Shown here: piece after piece, positions 55,625 to 64,000 of the stretch
Layout: every line of letters starts with the position of its first letter
How positions within the stretch are numbered: position 1 is the first letter of the stretch
DNA from: Akkermansia muciniphila
GTDB taxonomy: Bacteria > Verrucomicrobiota > Verrucomicrobiia > Limisphaerales > SXTU01
Assembly (NCBI GenBank): GCA_945874145.1
Contig: CAMCFN010000015.1
Location: forward strand, 1,183-65,182
Length of the DNA: 64,000 nucleotides
Direction of reading: 5' to 3'
Notes under the pieces: generated by a model
What the model saw: only the letters and a program-made list of their open reading frames with translations
What the model was told of the DNA's origin: nothing
Database searches by the model: none
Translations under genes and position numbers: made by a program

Positions 55625-57151
55625 CTACTTCTTCTGCCCGATTTCGATGCGGATGAAGCTGCCGTCTCCCGGTCCGTAGTAAACCTTGACCAGCGTGCCT
55701 TCCTTGAGCTTGGGCAAGATCGCGGCGGGAGTGCCGGCCAGCGTGTATTCGGCGCCATCAATGCTTTCAAACACCGGGACGTTCTCGGCGAACTTGGGAT
55801 AGTTGAGCTGGTTGCCGTATTTCTTGGTGAAATTGCTCACGGGGAGATCTTTGCCAAGCAACAGGAGTCGGCCTTCCTTGAACGATACGAAGGTGCCCGT
55901 GACGTGGCCCTCTTTTTCCACGCTGACTCGGATGTGCGCCTGATTCTCAGCCACAAATATCCACGTTCCAGCCGTCACTTTGCTCAACGCGTCGGCGGGA
56001 CCGGTGGGCTTGAAGTCGCGGGCGGCGTTGTCCCACTGAAAGACCTTGGTGGTTTCGGCGAGGTTGTTCCAAACCCGCCTGCCGCCACTGCTCTTGAGCG
56101 TCAGCGTGCCGTCTTTGAAGGAGACGAACGCACCCCACCCAGCCTGACCGGACTTGGCCTCCTGCGCCCGCGTCGCGCCGACCACGGTGAGTGCGGCGAT
56201 CATTATTGCCGCAGCCAAGCTCCACACCGGATGTGGACGGCGATGTGCGGCAATGGCGCGAATGCGCGAGCGCATCCCGGCGCGCGCGAAAATGCCGACG
56301 AAGGCTAGGCTCAAGCCCGATTTGGCCCCGGAGTTTTGCAGCTTTAGCAAGGCATGGCCGTAATCGGCGCGGCGGTCCTCCGTGTCGGCTCCGAGCACCT
56401 GGGCATCGCACGCTGTCTCGCGGTCCGCCCGCATGCGGGCGAAGGCCAGCCAGAGCAGCGGATTGAACCAGTGCACGGCCTGGAGCACGCACAGCAGCCA
56501 GTTCAACGGCAAGTCGTGGCGTTTGAGATGAGTGAGTTCGTGCAGCAAGACCATGCGCGCCTCATTCGCAGAAAATCCCTCGGGGAAGCCTACCGGCAGC
56601 AGTAGCACCGGACGCAGCAATCCAGCCACGGCCGGGCTGTCCACGGCGGAAGACACGATCACTTGGGGCACGCGTTTTACGCCAAGTTGCTGCGCGGCCC
56701 GGGCTACCGACTCGTTGATCGCGCCGCTGGTTGCCACCGCGCCACGCGTAATGCGGCACAGAACCCGCCGATAGCCGACGCCACCGACGACGAGCACGCC
56801 GCACGCCCCCAGCAGCCATGCGGCAAATAGGAATTGCAGTCCGCTCACCTGCCAAGATGTGGGTTGCGCCACCTCCGGGATTTGCCCATTCGATTCCGAC
56901 ATAGCGGTGGACTGTGACTCGGCCAACCAGCTCCCCGACTCAGTGAGGAAACGATTCTCCACGCTGAAGCGGCTCGCGGGCAACATCGGTGCCAGCAGCA
57001 CCAGCACCACCGGCAGCCACAAAGCATGACGCCATCGCGCAGGCAGCCAGCGGACAAGGACGAACTGCAGCCCCAGCACCACGAGGGCGAGCACCGATGC
57101 CCGCAGGCTGGTGGCGAGCAGCCATTGGAAGAAAGTATCGAGTGGGTTCAT
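55625..57151 (-). CDS. BlaR1/MecR1-like M56 metallopeptidase with an unrecognised C-terminal extracytoplasmic domain
   Basis: SPAVAGLLRPVLLLP, VLLHELTHLKRHD, HWFNPLLW, RETACD and YGHALL, then a TM helix and a ~180-aa domain. Confidence 0.92.
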   Translation of the reverse strand: MNPLDTFFQWLLATSLRASVLALVVLGLQFVLVRWLPARWRHALWLPVVLVLLAPMLPASRFSVENRFLTESGSWLAESQSTAMSESNGQIPEVAQPTSWQVSGLQFLFAAWLLGACGVLVVGGVGYRRVLCRITRGAVATSGAINESVARAAQQLGVKRVPQVIVSSAVDSPAVAGLLRPVLLLPVGFPEGFSANEARMVLLHELTHLKRHDLPLNWLLCVLQAVHWFNPLLWLAFARMRADRETACDAQVLGADTEDRRADYGHALLKLQNSGAKSGLSLAFVGIFARAGMRSRIRAIAAHRRPHPVWSLAAAIMIAALTVVGATRAQEAKSGQAGWGAFVSFKDGTLTLKSSGGRRVWNNLAETTKVFQWDNAARDFKPTGPADALSKVTAGTWIFVAENQAHIRVSVEKEGHVTGTFVSFKEGRLLLLGKDLPVSNFTKKYGNQLNYPKFAENVPVFESIDGAEYTLAGTPAAILPKLKEGTLVKVYYGPGDGSFIRIEIGQKK

Positions 57152-57171
57152 GGTGTGACAGGGTGGCTGGC

Positions 57172-57555
57172 CTAGCTTCGGTTCTTGAGTGATTGATCGA
57201 GCACCCTTTTCAGCTCGCGCACTTCCTCCGGCGTGAGCTGCGCATTCTGCGCGAAATGGACGAGCAGCGGCTTCGAGGCCCCGCGAAACACCCGCTGTAT
57301 GAAGGATTCGCTCTCCGCGCCCACACATGTCTCGCGCTTCACCGCCGGGGAGAAGACCCGGGTGCCGCTGGCGTTCTCGTCCGTCTTCAGCGCGCCCTTC
57401 TCAACCAGTCGAGTGAGCAGTGTGCGGACCGTGTTCTCCGCCCAGTTCGTGGTGGGGCGCAGGCTTTTGGTGATCTCCGACGCGGTCTGAGGCGCGCCCT
57501 GCCAGAGCGCCTCCATCACGACCCATTCGGACTCGGAAATATCAGGTGGTTGCAT
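57172..57555 (-). CDS. BlaI/MecI/CopY-family repressor
   Basis: ISESEWVVMEALW, WAENTVRTLLTRLVEKG and LTPEEVRELK. Confidence 0.95.
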   Translation of the reverse strand: MQPPDISESEWVVMEALWQGAPQTASEITKSLRPTTNWAENTVRTLLTRLVEKGALKTDENASGTRVFSPAVKRETCVGAESESFIQRVFRGASKPLLVHFAQNAQLTPEEVRELKRVLDQSLKNRS

Positions 57556-57570
57556 GGCGGTGGAAGAACT

Positions 57571-57608
57571 ACTACATCAGTAGTGGACAAGTCAACTACG
57601 GATGTAGT
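57571..57608. promoter_or_regulatory. Twin BlaI-type operators flanking the -35 element
   Basis: ACTAC-atca-GTAGT (57571-57584) and ACTAC-ggat-GTAGT (57595-57608), with minus-strand TTGACT between them. Confidence 0.85.
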
Positions 57609-57953
57609 GAACGGGTCGGAAGATCCGATTTCCTGGTGCGGGCGAAGCGGTGGGCACGCGGGTTTTGGCCAGCTCTGCGGCGTGCTGGGATACGACTCGG
57701 GGCAATCGCCGGGTAGCCTCTGCGCTTGGTTGATCACTCAAGGCCGTAGCGATTGCGCCAAACTAGAATCGATCCGCTACCAGCAACCTAGCGACCGGGA
57801 ATCCGGCTTCCTCCGCATCACGCTCGTCCTTGCTTTCATCGCGGGGCAGCCTGCGCGCAGGCCGACAGTCCCACAGCACCGCCGGGGCGGCTCCACTGGC
57901 AACCGTTGCGGGGTGTGGGGGAATACCCTCGGTTCATGCGCGGCAATCACCCT

Positions 57954-60900
57954 CTACTTGGACCGACCAAACCGGCCAAAAAGTGCTGGCAGTAGGAAGA
58001 GGTTGAGGAGGGTCGAGGTCGCAAGTCCACCGAGAATCACCAAGGCCATCGGGCGCTCGATTTCGTTGCCGGGCACGTTGCCCTTCAGCACCAGCGGCAG
58101 CAGCGCGAACGCGGCGGTGGTGGCAGTCATCAGGATGGGAATCAGCCGTTCCTCGCTGCCCTTCAGGATGAGGTCGAGGCCGAAAGCGTGCCCTTCCTCC
58201 CGCTCCAAGTGCCGGTAGTGGCTGACGAGCAGGATGCCATTCCGGGCGGCGATGCCGAGCACGGTGACAAATCCGACGAGCGAACCGAGCGACAGCACGC
58301 CGCCGCCCAGCCACGCTGCGAACACGCCGCCAATGAGTGCGAAGGGCAGCGTGAGCGCGATGATGAGCGTGAGGCGCAGGGATTGAAAGTCAGCCAGCAG
58401 CAAGACGAGGATGCCCGCCAGCGAGGCGAGCGCGAGCCAGCCAAGGCGTTGCTGTGCGGCCTGGCGCTCCGCCCACTCGCCGAGGATTTCAGGATGGTAG
58501 CCGCGCGCGAAGTTCACCTTGCCGACCCGTTGTTCCACGTCGCGAACCACATCACCCAACGCACGGCCACTGACGTTGCAGGTCACGTCAATGCGCCGCG
58601 ACGCCCCTTCGCGCTTGATGGCGTTGGGCGTGGGCACGATGGCGAGGTCGGCCACATCGGCGAGGCGCACATGGCCGCCGCGCGGCGTTTCGATGAGCAG
58701 GTCGCGCAACGTGGTGTAGTCGGCCCGGACGTGGGGCAGGCTCCAGACGGCAACATCATGCACGCGCTGCTCCTGATAGACCTCGCCAACCTTGCGACCG
58801 CTGATGAGCGTGGTCACGGCCTGACGGACCTGTCCGGCGGTGAGGCCGTGCAACGCGGCGGAGTCCGGGCGCAGTTTGACGGTGATTTGCGGCACGAGCG
58901 TTTGCGGTTCGACCTTGAGGGCGCTGACGCCGGGCGCGTCCTTCAACGCCGCGCCCACCTCGGCGGCCTGGCGGCGCAGCATTTCAAGGTCCGGGCCATA
59001 GATGCGCACCACAATGCTCGCACTGGCGCCGGTAAGGACTTCCTTGATGCGTTCGCGGAGAAAGGTCAGCAGGTCGCGCACCAAACCGGGATAGCTGTCC
59101 ACCACCGCCTGCACCTTTGCGATGGTCGAGTCGTAATCGGCATTCGGGTCGATGCTTATCCAAAGCTCCGTGAAGTCCGGCCCGACCACTTCATCCGCCA
59201 CTTCGGCGCGGCCGATGTGCGCGCCCTGGTTGCGCACGCCGGGCACCGCGAGCAAATCCTTCGCCGCGGCGATGGTGATGCGCGTGCTGGCCTCTACGGA
59301 CGTGTTCGGCTTCTCCAGCCAGTGCATCAGAAAGTCGCGCTCCTTGAAGTTGGGCAGAAATTCCTCCTTCAACTTCGTCTTCCAGACCCAGCCGGAACAG
59401 GCGAAGGCGAGCGCCAGAATGCCCACCGCCAGCCAGGGACTGCGTGCGAACACCGGGAGCACGGCGCGATAGGCGGCCTTCATGCCGCGCGTGAGCCAAG
59501 CCTCGCGGTGCTGCGTGGCCTTCACGTTGAGGAGCATCAGGCACAGCGCAGGTGTGAGCGTGAGCGCCACCGCCAGCGAGGCGCCGATTGCGAGGATGTA
59601 GGACAAGGCCAGCGGCCGGAAGAAAGTCCCCGCCAGTCCGGGCAGGAAGAACACGGGCAGAAACACCAGCACGATGATAACGCTCGCATACACCACAGCG
59701 CTGCGGACTTCGAGCGAGGCGTTGAGGACGACTTGGAAGCGCGGGAGCGGATTCGCCAGCGCCTGGTTCTGCCGCAACCGGCGAAGGATGTTTTCCACGT
59801 CAATGATGGCGTCGTCCACCACCTCGCCGAGCGCGATGATCAGGCCGGCGAGAATCATCGTGTTGATGGTCTCGCCGCGCCAGCGGAGCAGCAGCAGGGC
59901 GATGGCGAGCGACAGCGGGATGGCCGTGATGCTGATGAGTGTGGTGCGCCAGTCGCCGAGGAACAGCGCGAGGATGACCACGACGAGCAGACACCCGAGC
60001 CAGAGCGCCTCGGTGAGGTGGTCGATGGAAAGTTGGATGAACGTGGCGGGCCGGAAGATGGTGCTGTCCACGTTCACGCCGGGCAGTCCGGGCTTGAGTT
60101 CGGCGAGAACCTTCTCGACGCCATCAGTGACATCCAGCGTGTTGCCCCAGGGCTGCTTTTCCACGATGAGCAGGATGCCGATGCCGTCGTTGATGACTGC
60201 GTCCCCGATGGGCGCGGGATGGCCGATGCGCACCTCCGCCACGTCACCGAGCCGGATGGGTGCGCCGTTGCGGAACTCCACCACCGTGCGCGCCAGATCT
60301 TCGGGAGTGGTGATGAGGCCAAGCTGCGTGACACTCAGGCGCAGATTTGGCGTGTCAATGAAGCCGCCGGGACTGAGGACCGCCGCATCGCCCGCCGCGC
60401 GCGTCACCGCGTCCAGCGTCACTCCGGCGGCGCGGAGCCGCTGCGGGTCCACGAGCACCTGGAATTGCTTGTCGCGCTGGCCCCAGATGGCGACGTTTGC
60501 CACGCCCTTCACGGTCATCAGGCGCGGGCGGATGGTCCACAACGCCAGCTCGCTGAGTTCCATTTGCGAGAGTGTCTTGGACGTGAGGCCGACTTTGAGC
60601 ACGCGGCTCAGGGAGGAATACGGGGCCATCAAGACCGGGGGCTTCACCACGGCGGGCAGCCGGGTTTGTGCGAGGTTCAACCGCTCCTGCACGAGCTGCC
60701 GCGCCTTGAGAATCTCGGTGCCGGTGTCGAAAATCATTGCCACCGAGGAGAGGCCGAGCACCGACTTCGAGCGGATGGTTTTGAGGAATGGCAGGCCGTT
60801 GAGCGAATTTTCCAAGGGCACGGTCACCAGCGCATCCACCTCCTCCGTCGAGAGGCCGGGGGCTTCCGTCTGCACCTCCACCAGCGGCGGGGCGAACTCG

Positions 60901-61019
60901 GGGAAAACGTCCAGCGGCGCATGGCGGGTGGCGTTGATGCCCACGACCAGCAGCGCCACGGCCGCCGCGACGACGAGCACGCGCATGTTAAGCGCCCAAG
61001 TGACAAGTGAGTTCAGCAT
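57954..61019 (-). CDS. CusA/CzcA-type (HME) RND efflux permease
   Basis: [43 protein letters not shown] and [10 protein letters not shown]. Confidence 0.93.
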   Translation of the reverse strand: MLNSLVTWALNMRVLVVAAAVALLVVGINATRHAPLDVFPEFAPPLVEVQTEAPGLSTEEVDALVTVPLENSLNGLPFLKTIRSKSVLGLSSVAMIFDTGTEILKARQLVQERLNLAQTRLPAVVKPPVLMAPYSSLSRVLKVGLTSKTLSQMELSELALWTIRPRLMTVKGVANVAIWGQRDKQFQVLVDPQRLRAAGVTLDAVTRAAGDAAVLSPGGFIDTPNLRLSVTQLGLITTPEDLARTVVEFRNGAPIRLGDVAEVRIGHPAPIGDAVINDGIGILLIVEKQPWGNTLDVTDGVEKVLAELKPGLPGVNVDSTIFRPATFIQLSIDHLTEALWLGCLLVVVILALFLGDWRTTLISITAIPLSLAIALLLLRWRGETINTMILAGLIIALGEVVDDAIIDVENILRRLRQNQALANPLPRFQVVLNASLEVRSAVVYASVIIVLVFLPVFFLPGLAGTFFRPLALSYILAIGASLAVALTLTPALCLMLLNVKATQHREAWLTRGMKAAYRAVLPVFARSPWLAVGILALAFACSGWVWKTKLKEEFLPNFKERDFLMHWLEKPNTSVEASTRITIAAAKDLLAVPGVRNQGAHIGRAEVADEVVGPDFTELWISIDPNADYDSTIAKVQAVVDSYPGLVRDLLTFLRERIKEVLTGASASIVVRIYGPDLEMLRRQAAEVGAALKDAPGVSALKVEPQTLVPQITVKLRPDSAALHGLTAGQVRQAVTTLISGRKVGEVYQEQRVHDVAVWSLPHVRADYTTLRDLLIETPRGGHVRLADVADLAIVPTPNAIKREGASRRIDVTCNVSGRALGDVVRDVEQRVGKVNFARGYHPEILGEWAERQAAQQRLGWLALASLAGILVLLLADFQSLRLTLIIALTLPFALIGGVFAAWLGGGVLSLGSLVGFVTVLGIAARNGILLVSHYRHLEREEGHAFGLDLILKGSEERLIPILMTATTAAFALLPLVLKGNVPGNEIERPMALVILGGLATSTLLNLFLLPALFGRFGRSK

Positions 61020-61037
61020 GACGACGTGGGCGGGCGG

Positions 61038-62024
61038 TTACTTCCCCGTCATAAATTCCGTGCCGAACAACTCAGCGGAGCCGTCCGTGACAATCTTGGC
61101 TCCGACCGGCGGGCCGCTGGTGAGCACGGCGTCGCTGCCCGCCAGCCGCGCAACCTGGACACGGCGGCGTGTGTAGGTGTGCGGCGCGGTCTGCTCATAA
61201 ACCCACTGGCCGCCGTGGATGTCGTGCAGCACGGCGCTGAAGGGCACGACAAGGCGTTCAACTTTGCTGTCGGGCGTGGTGATTTCCACCGCGACGCGCT
61301 CGCCGGCCCGAAGCGTGCTATCAGCTGGAAGTTCGTAATACCAATCCACCGTGTTGGCGGCGGCGTTGGCGGTGGGAGGGCCAGCGACAGGCCCCGCACT
61401 TTGGCCATTGCCCGTGGCGGTGAGTGCGCGGAAGGAGACGTTTGACTTCGCATCCAGCAACGCCGCCTCGCCGCTGTAGATGGCGACGCGGAGCCACGCA
61501 CGTTTTGCGCCGCCGGCCTGGCCGACCGGTGAGCCGAGGATTTGGCGCTGGGCCTTGGCCGCCGTCAGCGTGGCCTCGGCGAACGCGAGCGCGGCCTTGG
61601 CCTCATCCACGGTGCGCACGCTGCCTGCCTCGGCCTTCAACATCTTCTGCGCACGTTCGAGGGCGATGTGGGCTGCCTCGATTTGCACCTGCGCTTGCAG
61701 CATGCGGCCATCGGCGGCGGCTTGGAGGTCCGCGAGCCGCAACACTTCCTCCAGCGTGCCGCCCAGCACCGGCGCGAGGCCGCCACCCGGCCCCGACAAC
61801 GGCACGACCACCTCGCCGGCGAAAAGCCGGCTGGCCGGGATGGCGCGGCGCTCGACGGGCACCACCTTCAAGCGCAGCCGCTGCTCAGCCTCGGGCTTGA
61901 GGAGGAGGACGACCAAGTCGCCCTCCTTGGTCACGGTGGCGGGAGTGGAAGCGGCGGGTGCGGCGGGCAGCCAGAGGACGGTGAACGGCAGCGCGAGTAG
62001 TAGGAGGGACAAGCGGGTTTTCAT
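61038..62024 (-). CDS. RND membrane-fusion (periplasmic adaptor) protein
   Basis: Alpha-hairpin, LVVPFSAVLHDIHGGQWVY and IVTDGSAELFG. Confidence 0.85.
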   Translation of the reverse strand: MKTRLSLLLLALPFTVLWLPAAPAASTPATVTKEGDLVVLLLKPEAEQRLRLKVVPVERRAIPASRLFAGEVVVPLSGPGGGLAPVLGGTLEEVLRLADLQAAADGRMLQAQVQIEAAHIALERAQKMLKAEAGSVRTVDEAKAALAFAEATLTAAKAQRQILGSPVGQAGGAKRAWLRVAIYSGEAALLDAKSNVSFRALTATGNGQSAGPVAGPPTANAAANTVDWYYELPADSTLRAGERVAVEITTPDSKVERLVVPFSAVLHDIHGGQWVYEQTAPHTYTRRRVQVARLAGSDAVLTSGPPVGAKIVTDGSAELFGTEFMTGK

Positions 62025-62048
62025 GGCGTCGTGAATGAGCGACCGAAG

Positions 62049-63461
62049 CTATGGCTTCGCAGAAACGGGCGATGGGGAGTGGGTGGGACGCGGGTTGCTT
62101 TGAATGACCTCGGTCAAGGGGGCTTGCACCGCGTCCTCCAAGGCGGCGAGGGCCAGTCGGGCCTTGACCTGCGCGTCCAGCCGCGCGAGGTGCGCGGTAA
62201 GGTATTCAAGTTGCACGGTCAGAAGCGCGGGCTTGGCCGCCTCGCCCGCTGCAATCATGGCCTTGGTGAGGTCCTCCTGTTGCCGCAGGCGGGCCAGCAA
62301 CGCGTCCGCTGCACCGGTCTTGACCAGCACTGCGTGATACGTGGCCAGCGCGCGGTCAATGTCCGCGACTATCCGCGCCTGCAACGCGGTGAAGCGCGTG
62401 GCAGCTTCCGTCCGCCGGGCGGTCGCCTGCGCTATCGCGCCCTGGTTCTGGTTGAAGATCGGCAGCGTGGCGGTGAAGCCGAGCCGCCACTGGTTTTCGT
62501 CCTGGTCGAGCTGGTAGCCGGGGCCGAGCTGCACGTCGGGATATTGCCGGGCGATTTCCAGTTGCAGTGCCGATTGCGCGGCGGCGTAGTCTGCCAAAGC
62601 GCCGAGGACGTCCGCGCGATTAAGCAGCGCCTGCCGTCGCACCTCGGGCGCGGGCAACGGCGGTGGCGGGTCGGTGTCGGTGACGAGGTTCACGCCCGTC
62701 AGCGCCCGCGCGGACACCCCGAGCGCAGCGGCGAGCTGCGCCCGGGCCTCGGCGGCCTGCTGCTGCGCGTCCACCATCGCGAGGGGCGTGGTCTCGATGG
62801 CCACGCGCGCTCGGGAGACTTCCAGTTGTGATGCCCCGCCTGCGGCAAGTTGGTCTTCGAGCACTTTGACCAAGCTGGTCTGAATGGTCTGCTGTTGCGT
62901 GAGCAATCGTTCCATTTCCCGCGCCGCTTGGAGGTCCAGCAAGCTGCGGCGCACCCGGCTACGCACCTGCCACGCCACGGTGGCGAGGTTCAACCGTGCT
63001 GCGTCAGAAAGCTGCCGGGCCTGGGTGAGGCGATGGCCCCGCTTGCCTGCGGTCTCGATGGGGATGTTGAAGTTCAATCCGAGCAGCCACGGCGGGCCGA
63101 CTCCGGAGCTGCGGCCAGGCTGAAGGGTGACCGTTGGGTTGGGCCGCTCTCCGGCGGTGACTTGCCCGGCCTGAACCACGCCCCAGCGAGCCCGGGCCAC
63201 ATCTAGGTCAGGATGAAAGTAAAACGCGGCGCAGGCGAGCGCATCAAAGTCCCAAGCCGCCAGCGGCCACACGGGCAGTTCCCGGTGAAGATTGGCCGCG
63301 AGGAACTGCTTCAATCCCACGTCCGCCAGCGAGCGCGATTCAATGTCCACCGCCGTCGTCTCGGGAACGAGCGGTTGGGGTTGATAATGCGCGCATCCCG
63401 CCATCGTCAGCAGACCCAGCTCGGCTGCCAGCGCGACCGCGAAATTGCTCATCTTGATCAT
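62049..63461 (-). CDS. TolC-family outer-membrane factor (lipoprotein)
   Basis: MAGC lipobox, HPDLDVARA, RQYPD and LPIFNQNQGAI. Confidence 0.9.
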   Translation of the reverse strand: MIKMSNFAVALAAELGLLTMAGCAHYQPQPLVPETTAVDIESRSLADVGLKQFLAANLHRELPVWPLAAWDFDALACAAFYFHPDLDVARARWGVVQAGQVTAGERPNPTVTLQPGRSSGVGPPWLLGLNFNIPIETAGKRGHRLTQARQLSDAARLNLATVAWQVRSRVRRSLLDLQAAREMERLLTQQQTIQTSLVKVLEDQLAAGGASQLEVSRARVAIETTPLAMVDAQQQAAEARAQLAAALGVSARALTGVNLVTDTDPPPPLPAPEVRRQALLNRADVLGALADYAAAQSALQLEIARQYPDVQLGPGYQLDQDENQWRLGFTATLPIFNQNQGAIAQATARRTEAATRFTALQARIVADIDRALATYHAVLVKTGAADALLARLRQQEDLTKAMIAAGEAAKPALLTVQLEYLTAHLARLDAQVKARLALAALEDAVQAPLTEVIQSNPRPTHSPSPVSAKP

Positions 63462-63619
63462 ACGTTCACTTGCGATGACTCATGGTGCAGGTCGGCCCGA
63501 AAGTGGGCAGGAGCGATTGCTCATGACGTGCTCCACAGGGTGTCACGCCTTTCGGAGACTCAACGACTTGCAACATGCCTGATCAATATCGGCACATGAT
63601 GAAGGGCGAATGAACGGCA

Positions 63620-63637
63620 AATGACAAAACTGTCATT
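63620..63637. promoter_or_regulatory. CusR/CopR-box-like palindrome
   Basis: aatgaca-aaac-tgtcatt between the efflux operon and the divergent regulator. Confidence 0.75.
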
Positions 63638-63719
63638 CGTCCGCCCAGCCAGATTCAGCGGAAGCCGAAGCTGGTTTGACAGCGCAACTGTGCCAGCGGG
63701 ATGATGGGCTCACAAGCTT

Positions 63720-64000
63720 ATGCGGATTCTGCTCGTGGAAGACGAAAAGAGGGTGGTGCTCTTTGTCCGCAAGGCGCTCCAGGCGGAGGGTTTCTCGGTG
63801 GATGCGCTGCATCGCGGTGATGAAGTGCTCGGCGCGGCCACCGCCACTGCCTTCGATGTGGTCATTCTCGACATCATGCTGCCCGGACGCGATGGCCTCA
63901 GCGTGCTGCGCCAGTTGCGCGAACGCGGGGTGCACACGCCCGTCTTGTTGTTGACGGCCCGAGGTGAGGTTAATGAGCGGGTGGAAGGATTGAATGCCGG
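63720..64000 (+). CDS. OmpR-family (CusR/CzcR-like) response regulator, 3'-truncated
   Basis: My translation MRILLVEDEKR...DVVILDIMLPGRDG...PVLLLTARGEVNERVEGLNAG; not in the ORF track. Confidence 0.92.
   Translation, partial: MRILLVEDEKRVVLFVRKALQAEGFSVDALHRGDEVLGAATATAFDVVILDIMLPGRDGLSVLRQLRERGVHTPVLLLTARGEVNERVEGLNA

Noticed and set aside
55625-57555. Beta-lactam resistance locus (blaI/blaR1/blaZ)
   Set aside because: There is no penicillin-binding sensor domain and no beta-lactamase gene nearby, so gene symbols were withheld.
58188-61176. Long plus-strand ORFs (940 aa and 500 aa), and similar antisense ORFs such as 29370-30860, 1267-2493 and 48284-49711
   Set aside because: They are shadows of well-supported genes on the opposite strand in high-GC DNA and show no recognisable motifs.
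1-64000. CRISPR array, cas genes or rRNA
   Set aside because: No regularly spaced repeat-spacer series, cas motifs or rRNA-like sequence was seen.

Overview
GC-rich bacterial window whose gene content (DUF1592/DUF1552 pair, H-X9-DG prepilin protein, many secreted hydrolases, REP-like palindromes) suggests Verrucomicrobiota or another PVC-group organism. This taxonomy is inference only. The left end (1-5.3 kb) is the edge of an integrative island: a tyrosine recombinase sits directly downstream of tRNA-Arg(CCG)/tRNA-Gly(TCC), next to a sigma-like gene and a WD40/TPR gene split by a 14-bp tandem duplication. The middle holds housekeeping genes (pyrC, trpD, RluA family, rpe, phosphohexomutase, KdgK-like kinase), secreted hydrolases, an NfeD-flotillin operon, a GbsR-like operon, and relics of HsdR, IS3 and IS5. 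The best candidate for an undescribed system is at 51.9-57.6 kb. It is a BlaI/BlaR1(M56) operon with twin operators, in which the unrecognised ~180-aa C-terminal domain of the BlaR1-like protein recurs as two free exported paralogues (one with an in-frame TGA at a conserved Trp), followed by a G8/beta-helix protein. A 72-bp palindromic REP-like doublet is inserted in frame in an M20 peptidase gene. The right end carries a heavy-metal-type RND efflux operon with a CusR-like box and a divergent response regulator. All family calls are from motif recognition by eye; no database searches were run.
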